Source of the DNA: Balanoglossus misakiensis | Lineage: Eukaryota > Animalia > Hemichordata | Assembly (NCBI GenBank): GCA_040954595.2 | Contig: JBECUI020000032.1 | Location: forward strand, 124,001 to 188,000 | DNA: 64,000 bases | Direction of reading: 5' to 3' | In this document: piece after piece, positions 1-10,724 of the stretch | How positions within the stretch are numbered: the first letter of the stretch is position 1 | Layout of the letters: every line of letters begins with the position of its first letter | Notes under the pieces: generated by a model | Seen by the model: the letters and a program-made list of their open reading frames with translations, nothing else | What the model was told of the DNA's origin: nothing | Database searches by the model: none | Made by a program: the position numbers and the translations under genes

Positions 1-2021
1 TCATCTATATTCTCCGTTATGAGAAGCATGGAATCCCTGGGAAGCCATCCTTCTGTGCCGTAACCAGAACGGACCAGGCACCCCTTCTCGGTGATGGCCC
101 TAAGAGAAAGGGTGGTGCCCCTAGGAAGAAACAGAGCATCTGTGGCCGGAACGACACCGGGGATCTTTCTTAAAGGTTCAGAATCTTCAAGCACAACGGC
201 ATTGATTCGATGCCAGCGATTGTCGGTAATGAACATGACCCCTGTGGCGCCAAGAAACATCAACAAGGCAAAGACTCCAGAAATAATGGTCCGCTCTTTT
301 CTCTCCAAAAAGTAGAAAGCAAGAGCAAGCAGAACAAGGTTAGCGGTCATTAGCCAGATTGTAAATACTACCCAGGGGGGCCACAGTAGGGAGGGGGGAA
401 CCTGGTCTTCCAACTGGAGTTGGGCCTCAATGCTTTCCAGGGTTTGGTGCAACTTCTGATTCCCGGGCTTTAAATGCAGGGCTCGGCGAATGGCATAAAC
501 TGCCATATCCCCCCGGCCCTCTTCGTTCATCAAAATAGCTATGTCGTGGAGTATCCCCGGAGAGTTGGGAAATTTTTTCCAGAGTTCTTTATAAAGAGTC
601 AAGGCTTCTGCGGTTTGCCCCTTGTTTCCTGCCTCCATTGCGGCCGAAAAGGTTTCGGACTCTTTTGGAGACATGCGGACTACGGCAAAAAAGAGAGGGA
701 TAAAAATGAGAACTGACAGGGCCGCTGCCTTTTTTTTCTTCAGGTAGATCAGTAACGCGGCCACAAGCCCTGGAATAATGAAGAAAAAGCCCAGGGGATT
801 TCTCCAGGTAAACCATGCCTGCCGATACAGAAAGACATCAAATCCCAGAAGGGAAGAGAGTTTTTCGGTAGAAGGTTCAATGCTCTCAGGTAGCACTTCC
901 CCTGAAAATTCTCGCGCCCCTTCTCGATGAACTCGTCCCTCTCCGCGCTTATCCAGCCAGTACCACGGGGGAACAGAAATGGTGTAGGGGCCTGGTTCTT
1001 CAACTTGAAAATCGTAGCGAACCTCCCGCCATCCCTTGTAGCCCCCAGGGTCGGGGACGTAGGAAAAGCTATGGGATTCGCTGGTCAAAATAGCCCCCGG
1101 AATCTCTGGAATGGGGAGGCGCAAGAGATTGAGGTTTCCTGTCCCCTCGGCTCGAACCTGTACCGAAACAAGCTCTCCGGTGGGAAGAGGAGACTCGGGA
1201 ACCGAAAGAACTAAGGAAAAAACACCTACCGCACCAGAAGCTTCCACCTCTTCCGGTAGGGCTCGGACGTTCACGGTAAAGCCTGGAACTTTTCGCTTTA
1301 GACCAGCTGCGGATACCTGGGCTCCGGGGAAATGAAGGCTGCCTGGCTTGTCGGGGGTCCATATCCAAGCATTGAGAGGCAGATCGTAAAGAACATCTTC
1401 TTCAAAAAGGCGGGTTTCTATGGAACCGTATCCATCGGCAGTTTCCATAAGGCCTGGAACAGCTTCTTCAAAATCAATTTTGTCTGCTATAGAGAGCAAA
1501 GTAAGGTCCCTGGCGGCAAGAACTATGGGATAGGCTTCTCCCTGCCACAGTTCTTGAGGGGGGGATCGATAAGCAAAGGTAACAGGATAGGAAAAGTTTT
1601 TTTCATCCTTAGCTACGGCGACAAGAGTTAGGGGTTCGGTAAGAATGTCGGTCTCTCCATCGCTAATAAGAAAGGCCCCTAAGGGATGGAAACCAGGTTC
1701 GTCAGCCAAAAGGGTAGCCAAAATTTCCACTTTTCGAATATGGTCTCCTTCGGGAGTTTCAAAGCTCCAGGGGCGGGCATAGGGAAGGGCCCACCATCGC
1801 AGAGGTTTTTCTAATTCAGGCCGCTCTATGGTAATGGCTGAGGTCCAGGAGATGTTTGTTCTAATCCTAAGGGGGATTTTTTCCTGTACAATGACCGGGG
1901 AGAAAGAGATATCTACCTGGGTGCTTTCCTGAGCCCCTCCCCCAACCAGGGTAAGGGTAAGAAAAATTCCCCCTACCAGTCGTCGACAGTAGTAGAGAGG
2001 GCCTCCGAAGCGGGAAGCCAT
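1..2021 (-). CDS. batD: BatD-like protein fused to a BatE-like TPR/TM/SH3 region (3' end runs off the window)
   Basis: Manual translation from ATG at 2021 stays open to position 1. It is absent from the ORF track because no stop lies in the window. It contains BatD-like SGAVGVFSL...VRAEGTGNL, then a TM segment, a TPR (EALTLYKELWKKFPNSPGILHD) and an SH3-like end (VRSGYGTEGWLP). It follows batC. Confidence 0.75.
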   Translation of the reverse strand, partial: MASRFGGPLYYCRRLVGGIFLTLTLVGGGAQESTQVDISFSPVIVQEKIPLRIRTNISWTSAITIERPELEKPLRWWALPYARPWSFETPEGDHIRKVEILATLLADEPGFHPLGAFLISDGETDILTEPLTLVAVAKDEKNFSYPVTFAYRSPPQELWQGEAYPIVLAARDLTLLSIADKIDFEEAVPGLMETADGYGSIETRLFEEDVLYDLPLNAWIWTPDKPGSLHFPGAQVSAAGLKRKVPGFTVNVRALPEEVEASGAVGVFSLVLSVPESPLPTGELVSVQVRAEGTGNLNLLRLPIPEIPGAILTSESHSFSYVPDPGGYKGWREVRYDFQVEEPGPYTISVPPWYWLDKRGEGRVHREGAREFSGEVLPESIEPSTEKLSSLLGFDVFLYRQAWFTWRNPLGFFFIIPGLVAALLIYLKKKKAAALSVLIFIPLFFAVVRMSPKESETFSAAMEAGNKGQTAEALTLYKELWKKFPNSPGILHDIAILMNEEGRGDMAVYAIRRALHLKPGNQKLHQTLESIEAQLQLEDQVPPSLLWPPWVVFTIWLMTANLVLLALAFYFLERKERTIISGVFALLMFLGATGVMFITDNRWHRINAVVLEDSEPLRKIPGVVPATDALFLPRGTTLSLRAITEKGCLVRSGYGTEGWLPRDSMLLITENID

Positions 2022-2557
2022 GTTTGGGACTCCTTTCTTTTGATGTACTCAAGTAGACGTAAAGTGTCTTCTTCTCGGGTGGCCTCGGACTCCTCTGGGG
2101 GAAGAAGTGAAGTCGGTGTCGGGGAGTTGACGGGAATTCTGGCAAAGGCCAATTCCAAGTTGATTTTGGCATCACGACTTGTGGGCTCCAGGAGAAGGGC
2201 CTGCTGAAACGATAGGTAGGCCTTTTCAAATCGTCCCCAATGATAGTACAGTACTCCCCAGTTAAAATGAATCCGGAAGAGGATTTCCTTGTCCTGGGTA
2301 ATTTCCTCTGCCCGTGCCCAGCTGTTCAGGGCTGCCTCTCCTTCTCCCAAAGCATAATAGACATTGCCCAGATTGTAATGAACGACATCACCCCCGACTT
2401 GGGAATCAACCCTGAGATAGTAGAGAATGGCCCTGTGGTAGCGTCCCTGCCTGAGGGCATAATTTCCAGCCAAAATTTTAAAAATCGGCCCCGTTTCCTG
2501 GCAGGAATTTAACAGGATGATGAAAAAGAGCACAGCAATACCCCATAGCCGTTTCAA
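1973..2557 (-). CDS. batC: TPR protein, BatC-like
   Basis: TPR motifs (HYNLGNVYY, DAKINLELA); position in the bat operon. Confidence 0.75.
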   Translation of the reverse strand: MKRLWGIAVLFFIILLNSCQETGPIFKILAGNYALRQGRYHRAILYYLRVDSQVGGDVVHYNLGNVYYALGEGEAALNSWARAEEITQDKEILFRIHFNWGVLYYHWGRFEKAYLSFQQALLLEPTSRDAKINLELAFARIPVNSPTPTSLLPPEESEATREEDTLRLLEYIKRKESQTWLPASEALSTTVDDW

Positions 2558-3543
2558 GATTTTCTTCCCCAGGAAATCATCGATAAAAAAAAGGCAGCCA
2601 AAAGAAAGAGTAGTCCCGGTATGAGAAAGCTTCGATAACGGCTTACCGACCGGAATTGGATGCCCTTAGTTTCGGTGAAATCTATTTGCTCTTTTACTTC
2701 CTTGACCAAAATCGCCGCTGCCCCAGTTTTGTTTAGATCGGTAAAGGTTCCGTAAGTCTCCTCAGCCAGGCGCTTGAGGATCTCGGTGTTTGCCTTACTA
2801 AGCACAATCATGTCCTTGCTGTCTTTGATATAAGAAGCATCTGGAAGGCGAATGGGGGAACCCTGGCTGCTTCCCACGGCTACGGTGTGAATGACTATAC
2901 CTTCCAGGGCCATCTCTCGAGCAACTTTTTCTACCCGTCCTTCCAGATGTTCACCATCACTAAACAGCACCAGTATTTTCTGCCTTCTGCCGGGGGGAAA
3001 GGCCTCTCGGCCCTGACGCAGCGCTGCCTCCAAGTTGGTCCCAGGAACCGTGGAGATTCCTGGTCCCAGCCGGTTGAACCATGAATCCAGGACGACCCTG
3101 TCTTCCGTCATGGGTACGGCAATAAATGCCTCGCCCTTAAAGGGAACAAGAGAATACCGGGTCTGCCCCAGAGAACGAGAGAGCAAACGTGCTGTAGATA
3201 TGGCTTTCCCCAAACGGTTTGGCTCCATATCTTCCGCCAACATGCTTCGGGAAACATCCATAACCAGAACCATATCCAATCCTTGGGATAATTCAGGAAA
3301 GGGTTTCCTCCCTCCTTGAGGATCCGCTGCTGCAAAGATAACAAGAACCACAAAAACGAGCAAGAAAAAATCCCTGAAGAACTTCTGAACAAGCCAGGAG
3401 GTCATAGCTGACTTGGACTTAGGGTTAGTACCAAAAAAAACAGGCAGTTTCCCTCGAAACCGCAACCAATTCAGTAGGGGAAGCAAAGTAAGAGGAAGGA
3501 GCAGCAAGAGTATCCATAGAGTTTCAGGATAGGTCCACTTCAC
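2554..3543 (-). CDS. batB: vWA domain protein, BatB-like
   Basis: MIDAS motif DVSRSM, PNRL, SDGE; probable GTG start at 3543 overlapping the batA stop (ORF track extends to 3729). Confidence 0.85.
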   Translation of the reverse strand: MKWTYPETLWILLLLLPLTLLPLLNWLRFRGKLPVFFGTNPKSKSAMTSWLVQKFFRDFFLLVFVVLVIFAAADPQGGRKPFPELSQGLDMVLVMDVSRSMLAEDMEPNRLGKAISTARLLSRSLGQTRYSLVPFKGEAFIAVPMTEDRVVLDSWFNRLGPGISTVPGTNLEAALRQGREAFPPGRRQKILVLFSDGEHLEGRVEKVAREMALEGIVIHTVAVGSSQGSPIRLPDASYIKDSKDMIVLSKANTEILKRLAEETYGTFTDLNKTGAAAILVKEVKEQIDFTETKGIQFRSVSRYRSFLIPGLLFLLAAFFLSMISWGRKS

Positions 3544-4544
3544 GATATTTCTCCCAGGATTCCCTTTCTTATAAAAAAAGCCGTCAGAATGAGGGACAGG
3601 GCCAGTAACAGAAAAGAACGGTGCAGCGGGTCCCGATTTATTTTTAGACTCACACGCTTCTCTACGTTTTCCAGGGAGTCTACGGCCTGGAAAACCGTTT
3701 CCAGGGCTCCAGGACTGGCGGCTCGCCAATAGCCTCCGTTGGTCTTTTCGGCAATGCTTCGCAGCATTGCTTCGTCAAACCGTGTTCGGATAAGGCCCCT
3801 GGTAAGCTTTCCTGTGTCGGGGTCGATTAACTCAACCGAAGACTCTCCCTCCCTTCCTATACCTATACTGTAGATTTTTATTCTCTTCCCCACTGCTAAG
3901 GTAGCGGCGGTCTCTGGGCGTATTTCTCCAGAGTTGTCATCTCCATCGGTAAGAAGAAGAATCATTTTATTGCTTGCTGTACTGTCGCTCAAATGTAAAA
4001 TGGCCACCGCAAGTCCCATGCCTATAGCAGTTTTGTCTCCCAAGGTTCGAATTTCCAGTTCATTCAAACGCTTCAGGAGCCAAGAATAGTTTTCTGTGGG
4101 GGGCGATAACAATACGGCTTCTTCAGCAAAACTCACCAGTCCTATGGCGTCACCGCTGCGGCCTTCTACAAATCGGTAGATCATCTCTCGGGCAGTATCA
4201 AAGCGATTGACGGGAGGAAAGTCTCTGGCAGCCATGCTGGGAGATTGGTCTAAGACTATCATAATATCGATTCCCCGGCTTAGCAGCGTTTCTTCCCGAT
4301 GAGTTTTGACTGGTTCCGCCAATGCCAGCAGGAGCAGCGAAACTCCGATCCAACTGCATAAGTCAGTAAGAAAGATCACTATGGCTCCCAATCTTGTGCC
4401 GCTAGGTGCGTATCCTTCACCTTCCCAAATACGAAAGGGAAAACGAAGGCTCCGTCTCCGGCCTGGCCAGAAATATCGGAGAATAAACAGGGGTGGAACA
4501 ATGGTTAAAAGAACCAACCAGCCAGGCTCGTTAAAGCTTAGCAA
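3540..4544 (-). CDS. batA: vWA domain protein BatA
   Basis: N-terminal BatA TM segment, DQSPSM, TAIGMGL, LLTDG. Confidence 0.9.
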   Translation of the reverse strand: MLSFNEPGWLVLLTIVPPLFILRYFWPGRRRSLRFPFRIWEGEGYAPSGTRLGAIVIFLTDLCSWIGVSLLLLALAEPVKTHREETLLSRGIDIMIVLDQSPSMAARDFPPVNRFDTAREMIYRFVEGRSGDAIGLVSFAEEAVLLSPPTENYSWLLKRLNELEIRTLGDKTAIGMGLAVAILHLSDSTASNKMILLLTDGDDNSGEIRPETAATLAVGKRIKIYSIGIGREGESSVELIDPDTGKLTRGLIRTRFDEAMLRSIAEKTNGGYWRAASPGALETVFQAVDSLENVEKRVSLKINRDPLHRSFLLLALSLILTAFFIRKGILGEIS

Positions 4545-5412
4545 TTTCTTCTTCCTTTCTTAAGTTTTCTGTGGCCTTCTCCACAAGGCTCAGGGTTTGC
4601 CGACGTTCCTCCTCTGTCATTTCTTTTCCAGCAAATTTAACAAGATCGCCATCTCTTAAAACCTTTAGGAGTTCTCCCCGAGGGCTGTCAAAGACCTCAA
4701 AGCCTGGGAGCTGCGCAATCTCGGCCGTGGTTGCACTTCGGCAGTCCTGTTGTGTAAGGCCTTCCAGATAATACCGTAAGGCCTCGGTCAGTAGCGTGTA
4801 CCACTGCATGGAGGGTTTGTCGATGTGATCGTTCCCCAACCATTTAAGAAGTTTTTTTAGTTTTCTCCCAGGTTTCCTACGGAGGAAACGCCGCTGGAGC
4901 TTTCGTATCCATTGGGAAAGAAACAGAAAACTCGTGAAACACAGCGGCGGCACAGCCACCGTCAGGGTCAGAAGCAGGGCCAGGACCAGCCGTGTTCCAG
5001 AGAGCAGAATGGGGGGGCGAATTCCCTTGAGACCCTGGTTCCCCTCGGTTAGCAAAGACTCCGTAAAAATTTTAATTCCCTCCAGGTGAAGGGATTTCAA
5101 GTCCAGGGGAGGAAGAGTATGGGCCCCAGGGGCAAAGGGAATAAAATTTATAATAACCTTGGCCGTGTTTTCCTCCATTTCGGTTCTGATACTGCTTATC
5201 TTGGCCCAATCCGATTTGGGAAGATTGGGAGGGGGGAGCAGTTCCATATCCTGGTCAATCTGCAAAAGCAGGCGGGCTTCTACGGAATCCCCTACGGTAA
5301 ACGATGGGGGGATAAGCTGTATGTCCAGGATTATCGATTCCGCCATTGCCAGGGGAGAGGAAAGGAGAAGCATGAGAATTATTTTCCCCCAGCCTCGGCA
5401 TTGGAAAGTCAT
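4531..5412 (-). CDS. Bat-operon membrane protein (hypothetical)
   Basis: Signal peptide, one TM helix, DLVKFA motif typical of the gene upstream of batA. Confidence 0.75.
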   Translation of the reverse strand: MTFQCRGWGKIILMLLLSSPLAMAESIILDIQLIPPSFTVGDSVEARLLLQIDQDMELLPPPNLPKSDWAKISSIRTEMEENTAKVIINFIPFAPGAHTLPPLDLKSLHLEGIKIFTESLLTEGNQGLKGIRPPILLSGTRLVLALLLTLTVAVPPLCFTSFLFLSQWIRKLQRRFLRRKPGRKLKKLLKWLGNDHIDKPSMQWYTLLTEALRYYLEGLTQQDCRSATTAEIAQLPGFEVFDSPRGELLKVLRDGDLVKFAGKEMTEEERRQTLSLVEKATENLRKEEEIAKL

Positions 5413-6281
5413 GTGCCTTTTCTCCGCTGGAAAAAATGCTGCAAGCGGACCACAGGATCATCATTGGTGTCAACTTCCAGGGTATCGACTCCTACAGAAC
5501 GGCAGTGGGACAACCAAGCTAAGCGTTTGGCCTCCCAAAAGTCTGAATAACGTTGCTGGAAGCGACGTGAACGACTCCATACCGTCATATCCTTGCCTGT
5601 TTCAGGGTCTTTAACCTTATACATTCCCAACGGAGGAAAATGGGAATCGAGAACATCGGTAAGCCGGATGGCTATCACATCGTGTTTCCGGGCAAGTAGG
5701 GAAAGTTCCAGCTGATAGGATTCTGTTCGAAAATCAGAGAGAATGACGATGGTACTTTTTCTCTTCAGGTGCTCCATGGTGGCTCGTAAAGCCAGGGCCA
5801 AATTAGATCCCCTCCCTTGAGCTACAAAACCCAGGACCTCACTTATCTGCCTGAGGACATGCCTGCGTCCCTTTTTGGGAGGTACCTGCCTTTCTATCAG
5901 GTCAGAGAAAAGTAGGCTTCCAACCCTGTCGTTGTTGGCTACAGCGGCCAAGGCAAGAAGGGCAAAAAGGATTCCTGCACTGTCTCGCTTACTACGAATG
6001 CCCGAACCAAAATCAAGGGATGAAGAAAGATCGACCAGGACCATAAGTATAAGCTCCCGTTCTTCCCTGAATACTTTAGAATAAGGAGAGGCCATCCTGG
6101 ACGAAACATTCCAATCGATGAACCGGATATCGTCCCCGGGGATGTATTCCCTGACCTCATCAAACTCAAGGCCAGGCCCTTTAAATACCGAATGGTAGCT
6201 GCCGGCAAAAAAGCCCTCCATCAATTTTCGGGACTTAACGTGGAGACGCCGAACGCGGGCAGAGAGATCCCCCTCCTTCAT
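5409..6281 (-). CDS. DUF58 domain protein
   Basis: GLEFDEVREYIPGDDIRFIDWNVS signature; follows moxR. Confidence 0.92.
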   Translation of the reverse strand: MKEGDLSARVRRLHVKSRKLMEGFFAGSYHSVFKGPGLEFDEVREYIPGDDIRFIDWNVSSRMASPYSKVFREERELILMVLVDLSSSLDFGSGIRSKRDSAGILFALLALAAVANNDRVGSLLFSDLIERQVPPKKGRRHVLRQISEVLGFVAQGRGSNLALALRATMEHLKRKSTIVILSDFRTESYQLELSLLARKHDVIAIRLTDVLDSHFPPLGMYKVKDPETGKDMTVWSRSRRFQQRYSDFWEAKRLAWLSHCRSVGVDTLEVDTNDDPVVRLQHFFQRRKGT

Positions 6282-6283
6282 AG

Positions 6284-7276
6284 TCAGGGTACCGACACCG
6301 CCCCAAGAAGGTCGACGATCACCGAGTCAGCGTCTCTCTCTTCCGCTTCGGCCTCGTAGGATAGCACAATGCGGTGGCGCAGAACATCTGGGGCCACCGC
6401 CTTTACATCCTCTGGGAGAACAAAGGTGCGTCCTTCGTAGAGTGCCTGTACCCGAGAACAACTGTAGAGAGCCAGAGAGGCTCGGGGAGAAGCTCCATAC
6501 TCGATGTACCGGGTAAAGGGGAACTTCTGTCGATCACTGACCCGGGAAACTGCTACCAGGGATACGATGTATTTACGAATAGCCTCCTCAACCTTTATAG
6601 CTTCAACAGCATCCCTGAGTTCCTTGATGTCCTCTCTTTGAAGGACTTTTTCCAAAGGGATTTCGGGGTTGTCGGCCATACGACCCAGAATGGCAAGTTC
6701 TTCAACAGGGCTGGGATAAGCTACTGTGAGTTTGAGTAAGAAACGGTCCAGCTGGGCCTCGGGAAGTTGATAGGTTCCCTCCTGTTCTATGGGGTTCTGG
6801 GTAGCCATCACAAAGAATGGCTCGGAAAGTTTGTGAGACTCATTTCCAATGGTCACCTGCCTCTCGGACATGGCTTCCAGCAAGGCAGACTGGACTTTTG
6901 CCGGCGCCCGGTTAATTTCATCTGCCAGAACAACGTTGGTAAAGAGAGGACCTTTGCGGACTACAAATTCACCTGTCTGCTGACGGTAAATCATGGTGCC
7001 TGTTAAGTCCGCTGGTAGCAGGTCTGGAGTAAATTGTATTCTCTTGAAGTCACAGGAAAGCACATCTGCCATGGCCTGGACGGTCATGGTTTTTGCGAGT
7101 CCTGGCACACCTTCTACCAATACGTGCCCTCTGGAAATAATTCCCATGAGTAAACCATTGACCAGGGAACTCTGTCCCACTATTCGGCAGGCAATCTCCT
7201 TTCTTATACGGTCAAGGATATTCTTGGCTCGTGCTACCTGGTCTTCATTATTCTTGTTCGCTTTATTCTTTTTCAT
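6284..7276 (-). CDS. moxR: MoxR family AAA+ ATPase
   Basis: EGVPGLAKT, RIQFTPDLLPAD, DEINRAPAKVQSALLEAM, ATQNPIEQEGTY. Confidence 0.95.
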   Translation of the reverse strand: MKKNKANKNNEDQVARAKNILDRIRKEIACRIVGQSSLVNGLLMGIISRGHVLVEGVPGLAKTMTVQAMADVLSCDFKRIQFTPDLLPADLTGTMIYRQQTGEFVVRKGPLFTNVVLADEINRAPAKVQSALLEAMSERQVTIGNESHKLSEPFFVMATQNPIEQEGTYQLPEAQLDRFLLKLTVAYPSPVEELAILGRMADNPEIPLEKVLQREDIKELRDAVEAIKVEEAIRKYIVSLVAVSRVSDRQKFPFTRYIEYGASPRASLALYSCSRVQALYEGRTFVLPEDVKAVAPDVLRHRIVLSYEAEAEERDADSVIVDLLGAVSVP

Positions 7277-7282
7277 TGTATT

Positions 7283-8587
7283 TTATGTCCGGTAATCAGC
7301 ATTGATTTTTACGTATTCTTCTGATAGATCCGAGGCAAGAATTGTTATGGAAGGCCCATCTCTTTCTCCCTCAATATGAATCTCCACCCGCCCTTCATGG
7401 GTAGGCCATGTTTTTGCTGGTACAGGGAGTTCCATGGAGATCAGATAGTCATGGAGTTTTTCTTCCTTATCAGCATTAAGCGAAAATTCCCCATTGTTGT
7501 AGACTGTTTCGCTTCCTACGGTAATTTTTAGCTTCCTGGGGTCTAAGCAGATTCCGGAAAGCTCTACCTGGGCCCCCAAGGCCTGGAGTATACGCCCTAC
7601 ATTCGGGTCATTTCCCCGAAGAGCAGTTTTTACCAGAAGGGAATTGGCAACGGAACGAGCCAACTTTTCGGCGATCAGAGAATCTCCTACCCTGGAAACA
7701 GTAAGACGCATAACATGAGAGGTACCTTCGCCGTTTCGAACCACATCCTCGGCCAGTGACCCGGCCACCTTTCGGAGGGATTCGGTAAAAACCTCATCTC
7801 CAGGGTAGGGGCGTTGTCCTGAGGCAAAGAGATAAACCGCATCACTGGTGCTACTGCATCCGTCTACGGAAATACGATTGAAGGTGGTATCGCAGACCTC
7901 AGACAACAGGCGTCGACCCGCCTCTCGGGGAAGGGCAACATCGGTCATTAAAAAGGCTAGCATGGTGGCCAAATGGGGTTCCACCATTCCCGCTCCCTTG
8001 ACAATGCCGGTAATCCGACCCTCCCCACATGGTTGAGAACGAACCTTGGGCCAGGCATCCGTGGTCATAATGGCCTCGGATAATGGGAGAGCGCTGTGCC
8101 CTTGTAGCCCCGCAACCAGATCGGGGAGAGCGCGAACCATCTCTTTATAGGGAAGTTTCCACCCTATAATTCCAGTGGAAGAAGGAAAATAGGGTTCAAT
8201 GTCCCCGGTAAGCTCCTTTAAAGACTGCATGAGGGACAGGACAGTTTTTTCTCCTTCTGCCACCCCTACATTGGCTATTTGATTATTTACCAGAATCCCC
8301 CGGATAACAGGCTGCTCCAGCAGTTTCCGGCCCATCAACACCGGGAAACCAGGAAAGGCATTCTTTGTAAAAACCACGGCAAAGGATTCACTGCACCGAT
8401 CCAAGCGAATAAGGCCCAGGTTCATACGGAATTTCCCTGAGCTAGTCTTTTCCCGGGGAATAAAGTCCAGAGTAGTTCGGGAAGTCCTGAAGCCCAAGGG
8501 GAGTCTGGCATCATTCTCTAGACGGCGACGGTAAGAGGCTTCATCATGATATTTGATCATTATTAACATCATAGTGAAGCGTAACAT
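7283..8587 (-). CDS. argJ: Bifunctional ornithine acetyltransferase/N-acetylglutamate synthase
   Basis: KGAGMVEPHLATML autoproteolysis motif, SSTGIIG, NGEGTS, NADYRT C-terminus; true start may be slightly downstream. Confidence 0.92.
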   Translation of the reverse strand: MLRFTMMLIMIKYHDEASYRRRLENDARLPLGFRTSRTTLDFIPREKTSSGKFRMNLGLIRLDRCSESFAVVFTKNAFPGFPVLMGRKLLEQPVIRGILVNNQIANVGVAEGEKTVLSLMQSLKELTGDIEPYFPSSTGIIGWKLPYKEMVRALPDLVAGLQGHSALPLSEAIMTTDAWPKVRSQPCGEGRITGIVKGAGMVEPHLATMLAFLMTDVALPREAGRRLLSEVCDTTFNRISVDGCSSTSDAVYLFASGQRPYPGDEVFTESLRKVAGSLAEDVVRNGEGTSHVMRLTVSRVGDSLIAEKLARSVANSLLVKTALRGNDPNVGRILQALGAQVELSGICLDPRKLKITVGSETVYNNGEFSLNADKEEKLHDYLISMELPVPAKTWPTHEGRVEIHIEGERDGPSITILASDLSEEYVKINADYRT

Positions 8588-8786
8588 TATAGTCTAGCTG
8601 AACCATCCTCCAGACAAGGGAGGGGGTGGTCTGGACTATGGAGTTATCCAGGGTGGCAGGATTTCTTTTTATGGCTAGTTTGAAATTGTATAAGGTTTCC
8701 CTTTAACAGGGAAAAATGCGAAGGCAAAGCCCGAAATATTTGTTTGGTGTCTACCCTTTGGAGAATACTAGGAGTATGCTTCTTTT

Positions 8787-9659
8787 GTGAACTCGGAAAT
8801 TCTTTTTTGGGGCCTGCCCCTTGTTCTCCTAGGGGTTTTGTTGCTGATCATCCTGACTCTGCTTCTGTCTCGTCAGAGAAAGCTTACCCGAACACCGGTT
8901 GATTCGGAAAGTTTTGAGCTTATTCGAAGAATCTCCAGACGTCTGGATGCCTTGGAAGAGATTGGAGGCAAGATCGAAGGCCTGGATAGGGCTTTTCGAA
9001 TACCCCGAATCCGGGGGGGGCTGGGGGAATCACTTTTGGAGGAGCTTCTACGGAACTGGCTTCCCCGGGGAGCCTGGACGCCTCAGTTCGCTTTTCCCAA
9101 TGGGACTCGGGCGGATGCAGTAATCCGCATGGGATCTTCTCTGGTGGCGGTTGATGCTAAGTTCCCCTTGGAACAACTCGGAGAATGGCTGGAATCAGAG
9201 AAGCCTGAAATCCCGGCCAAGATAAGGCGGCTGTTAATCGGCTATGCTGGAGACATTGCCGAGAAATACATTCAACCTGAAGCAGGAACTCTGTCCTTTG
9301 CCTTGCTGTATCTGCCTGCTGAAGGTCTGTATTATCGTTTACTACAGGACGATTCGGGAGAAGTTCTTAGAGAATGCCTGCGGCTGGGGGTGATTCCAGT
9401 GGGTCCTACAAGCCTGTTTGCTTATCTTCAAACCGTAGCCTATGGGCTTAAAGGTTTTACCCCACCCCGAGAGGGGCGGGAATTACGACAAAGAGTTGAG
9501 CAACTCCGAAGAGATTTCATGGTCCTGACTAAGCTTCTGAGCACGGCATCTACTCACATGAAGAATCTCAAGAAAGCCTGGGAAGCCATTGACCACCAGT
9601 GGAACCGGACAGAATATAGTTTGGAGGTTTTGGATTCGAGAGATACAGAAAATCTATAA
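8787..9659 (+). CDS. rmuC: DNA recombination protein RmuC
   Basis: RGGLGE, RADAVI, VDAKFPL, LYLPAEGLY. Confidence 0.88.
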   Translation: MNSEILFWGLPLVLLGVLLLIILTLLLSRQRKLTRTPVDSESFELIRRISRRLDALEEIGGKIEGLDRAFRIPRIRGGLGESLLEELLRNWLPRGAWTPQFAFPNGTRADAVIRMGSSLVAVDAKFPLEQLGEWLESEKPEIPAKIRRLLIGYAGDIAEKYIQPEAGTLSFALLYLPAEGLYYRLLQDDSGEVLRECLRLGVIPVGPTSLFAYLQTVAYGLKGFTPPREGRELRQRVEQLRRDFMVLTKLLSTASTHMKNLKKAWEAIDHQWNRTEYSLEVLDSRDTENL

Positions 9660-9827
9660 ATTGTATCCAATTACACCCAGATTAGACCTTGATAGTTTCG
9701 ATATGAAAGCCTAAGGACGTTTTTGAGTCTCCGTCTCATCATGCACTTCAAGGGTAAAATGTACGGCTTGGGTTTGCGGATTGAGGCTTGATGGAAGCCC
9801 CTCTGCAGATCCCTCCAGGGACTAAAA

Positions 9828-10724
9828 TTACTCGTTGTGTTTCTCACAGGCATTAAGAATGGCAGACAACTTTTCCCTCTCCTCCTTTCCCAGAGGGTAA
9901 AGAGGTGAACGGACATGCTGGCCTATCTTTTTTTCCAGATGGAGCAGCGTCTTGACGGCAAGGGGGTTATTTCCGATATTCAGCAGTCCCCGCATGAGAT
10001 CCAACCATTGGAAATGCAGGTCTCTGGCCTGGTCCAGATCCTTTTCCTCCAAAGCATTTACGAGTTTCCGCATTACCTTAGGTCTCAGATTCCCAAGCAC
10101 CGATACCCCACCGTCACCGCCGAGAAGCATCATATGGAAAACCAGGCTGTCATCACCACTGAGCACGGAAAATCTCTTGGGAGTTTTGCGGACAACATCG
10201 CTAATCTGGTCCAGATCGCCGCTGGCTTCCTTGACGCCAGAAATATTAGGACAGGCATCAATAAGGCGTAGTAAAGTAGGAGTTTCCAGATTAACTGCCG
10301 TGCGCCCTTTGATGTTGTAAAGCAGGATTGGACGTTCGGTCATGGCGGCCAGGCTACTGAAGTGATGAAAGAGTCCTTCCTGGGTAGGTTTGTTGTAATA
10401 GGGGTTCACAATCATCATGCCATCGACATCCAACTGATCACAGAGCCGGGTTTCTTCCTTGGAGAATGCAGTGTCATTGTTGCCCGTTCCGATGATCAGC
10501 TGGCAGATACCAGAAGTCTGCCGACGGACAAAGCTTACCAGGTCTTTCATTTCCTTGTCATAAATCACCGGACTCTCCCCTGTAGTCCCCATGACAACAA
10601 GTCCATCTATCTCGGCCTGAGCTTGTTCGGCAATCAGGCGTTCCAATGCGGCAAAATCAAGGCGGTTATCATCTGTAAATGGTGTGATCAAAGCCGTGTA
10701 TAGTCCACGGAAAAATTTTTTCAT
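9828..10724 (-). CDS. dapA: 4-hydroxy-tetrahydrodipicolinate synthase
   Basis: GTTGES, PYYNKPTQEG, LYNIKGRT, GVKEASG. Confidence 0.95.
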   Translation of the reverse strand: MKKFFRGLYTALITPFTDDNRLDFAALERLIAEQAQAEIDGLVVMGTTGESPVIYDKEMKDLVSFVRRQTSGICQLIIGTGNNDTAFSKEETRLCDQLDVDGMMIVNPYYNKPTQEGLFHHFSSLAAMTERPILLYNIKGRTAVNLETPTLLRLIDACPNISGVKEASGDLDQISDVVRKTPKRFSVLSGDDSLVFHMMLLGGDGGVSVLGNLRPKVMRKLVNALEEKDLDQARDLHFQWLDLMRGLLNIGNNPLAVKTLLHLEKKIGQHVRSPLYPLGKEEREKLSAILNACEKHNE

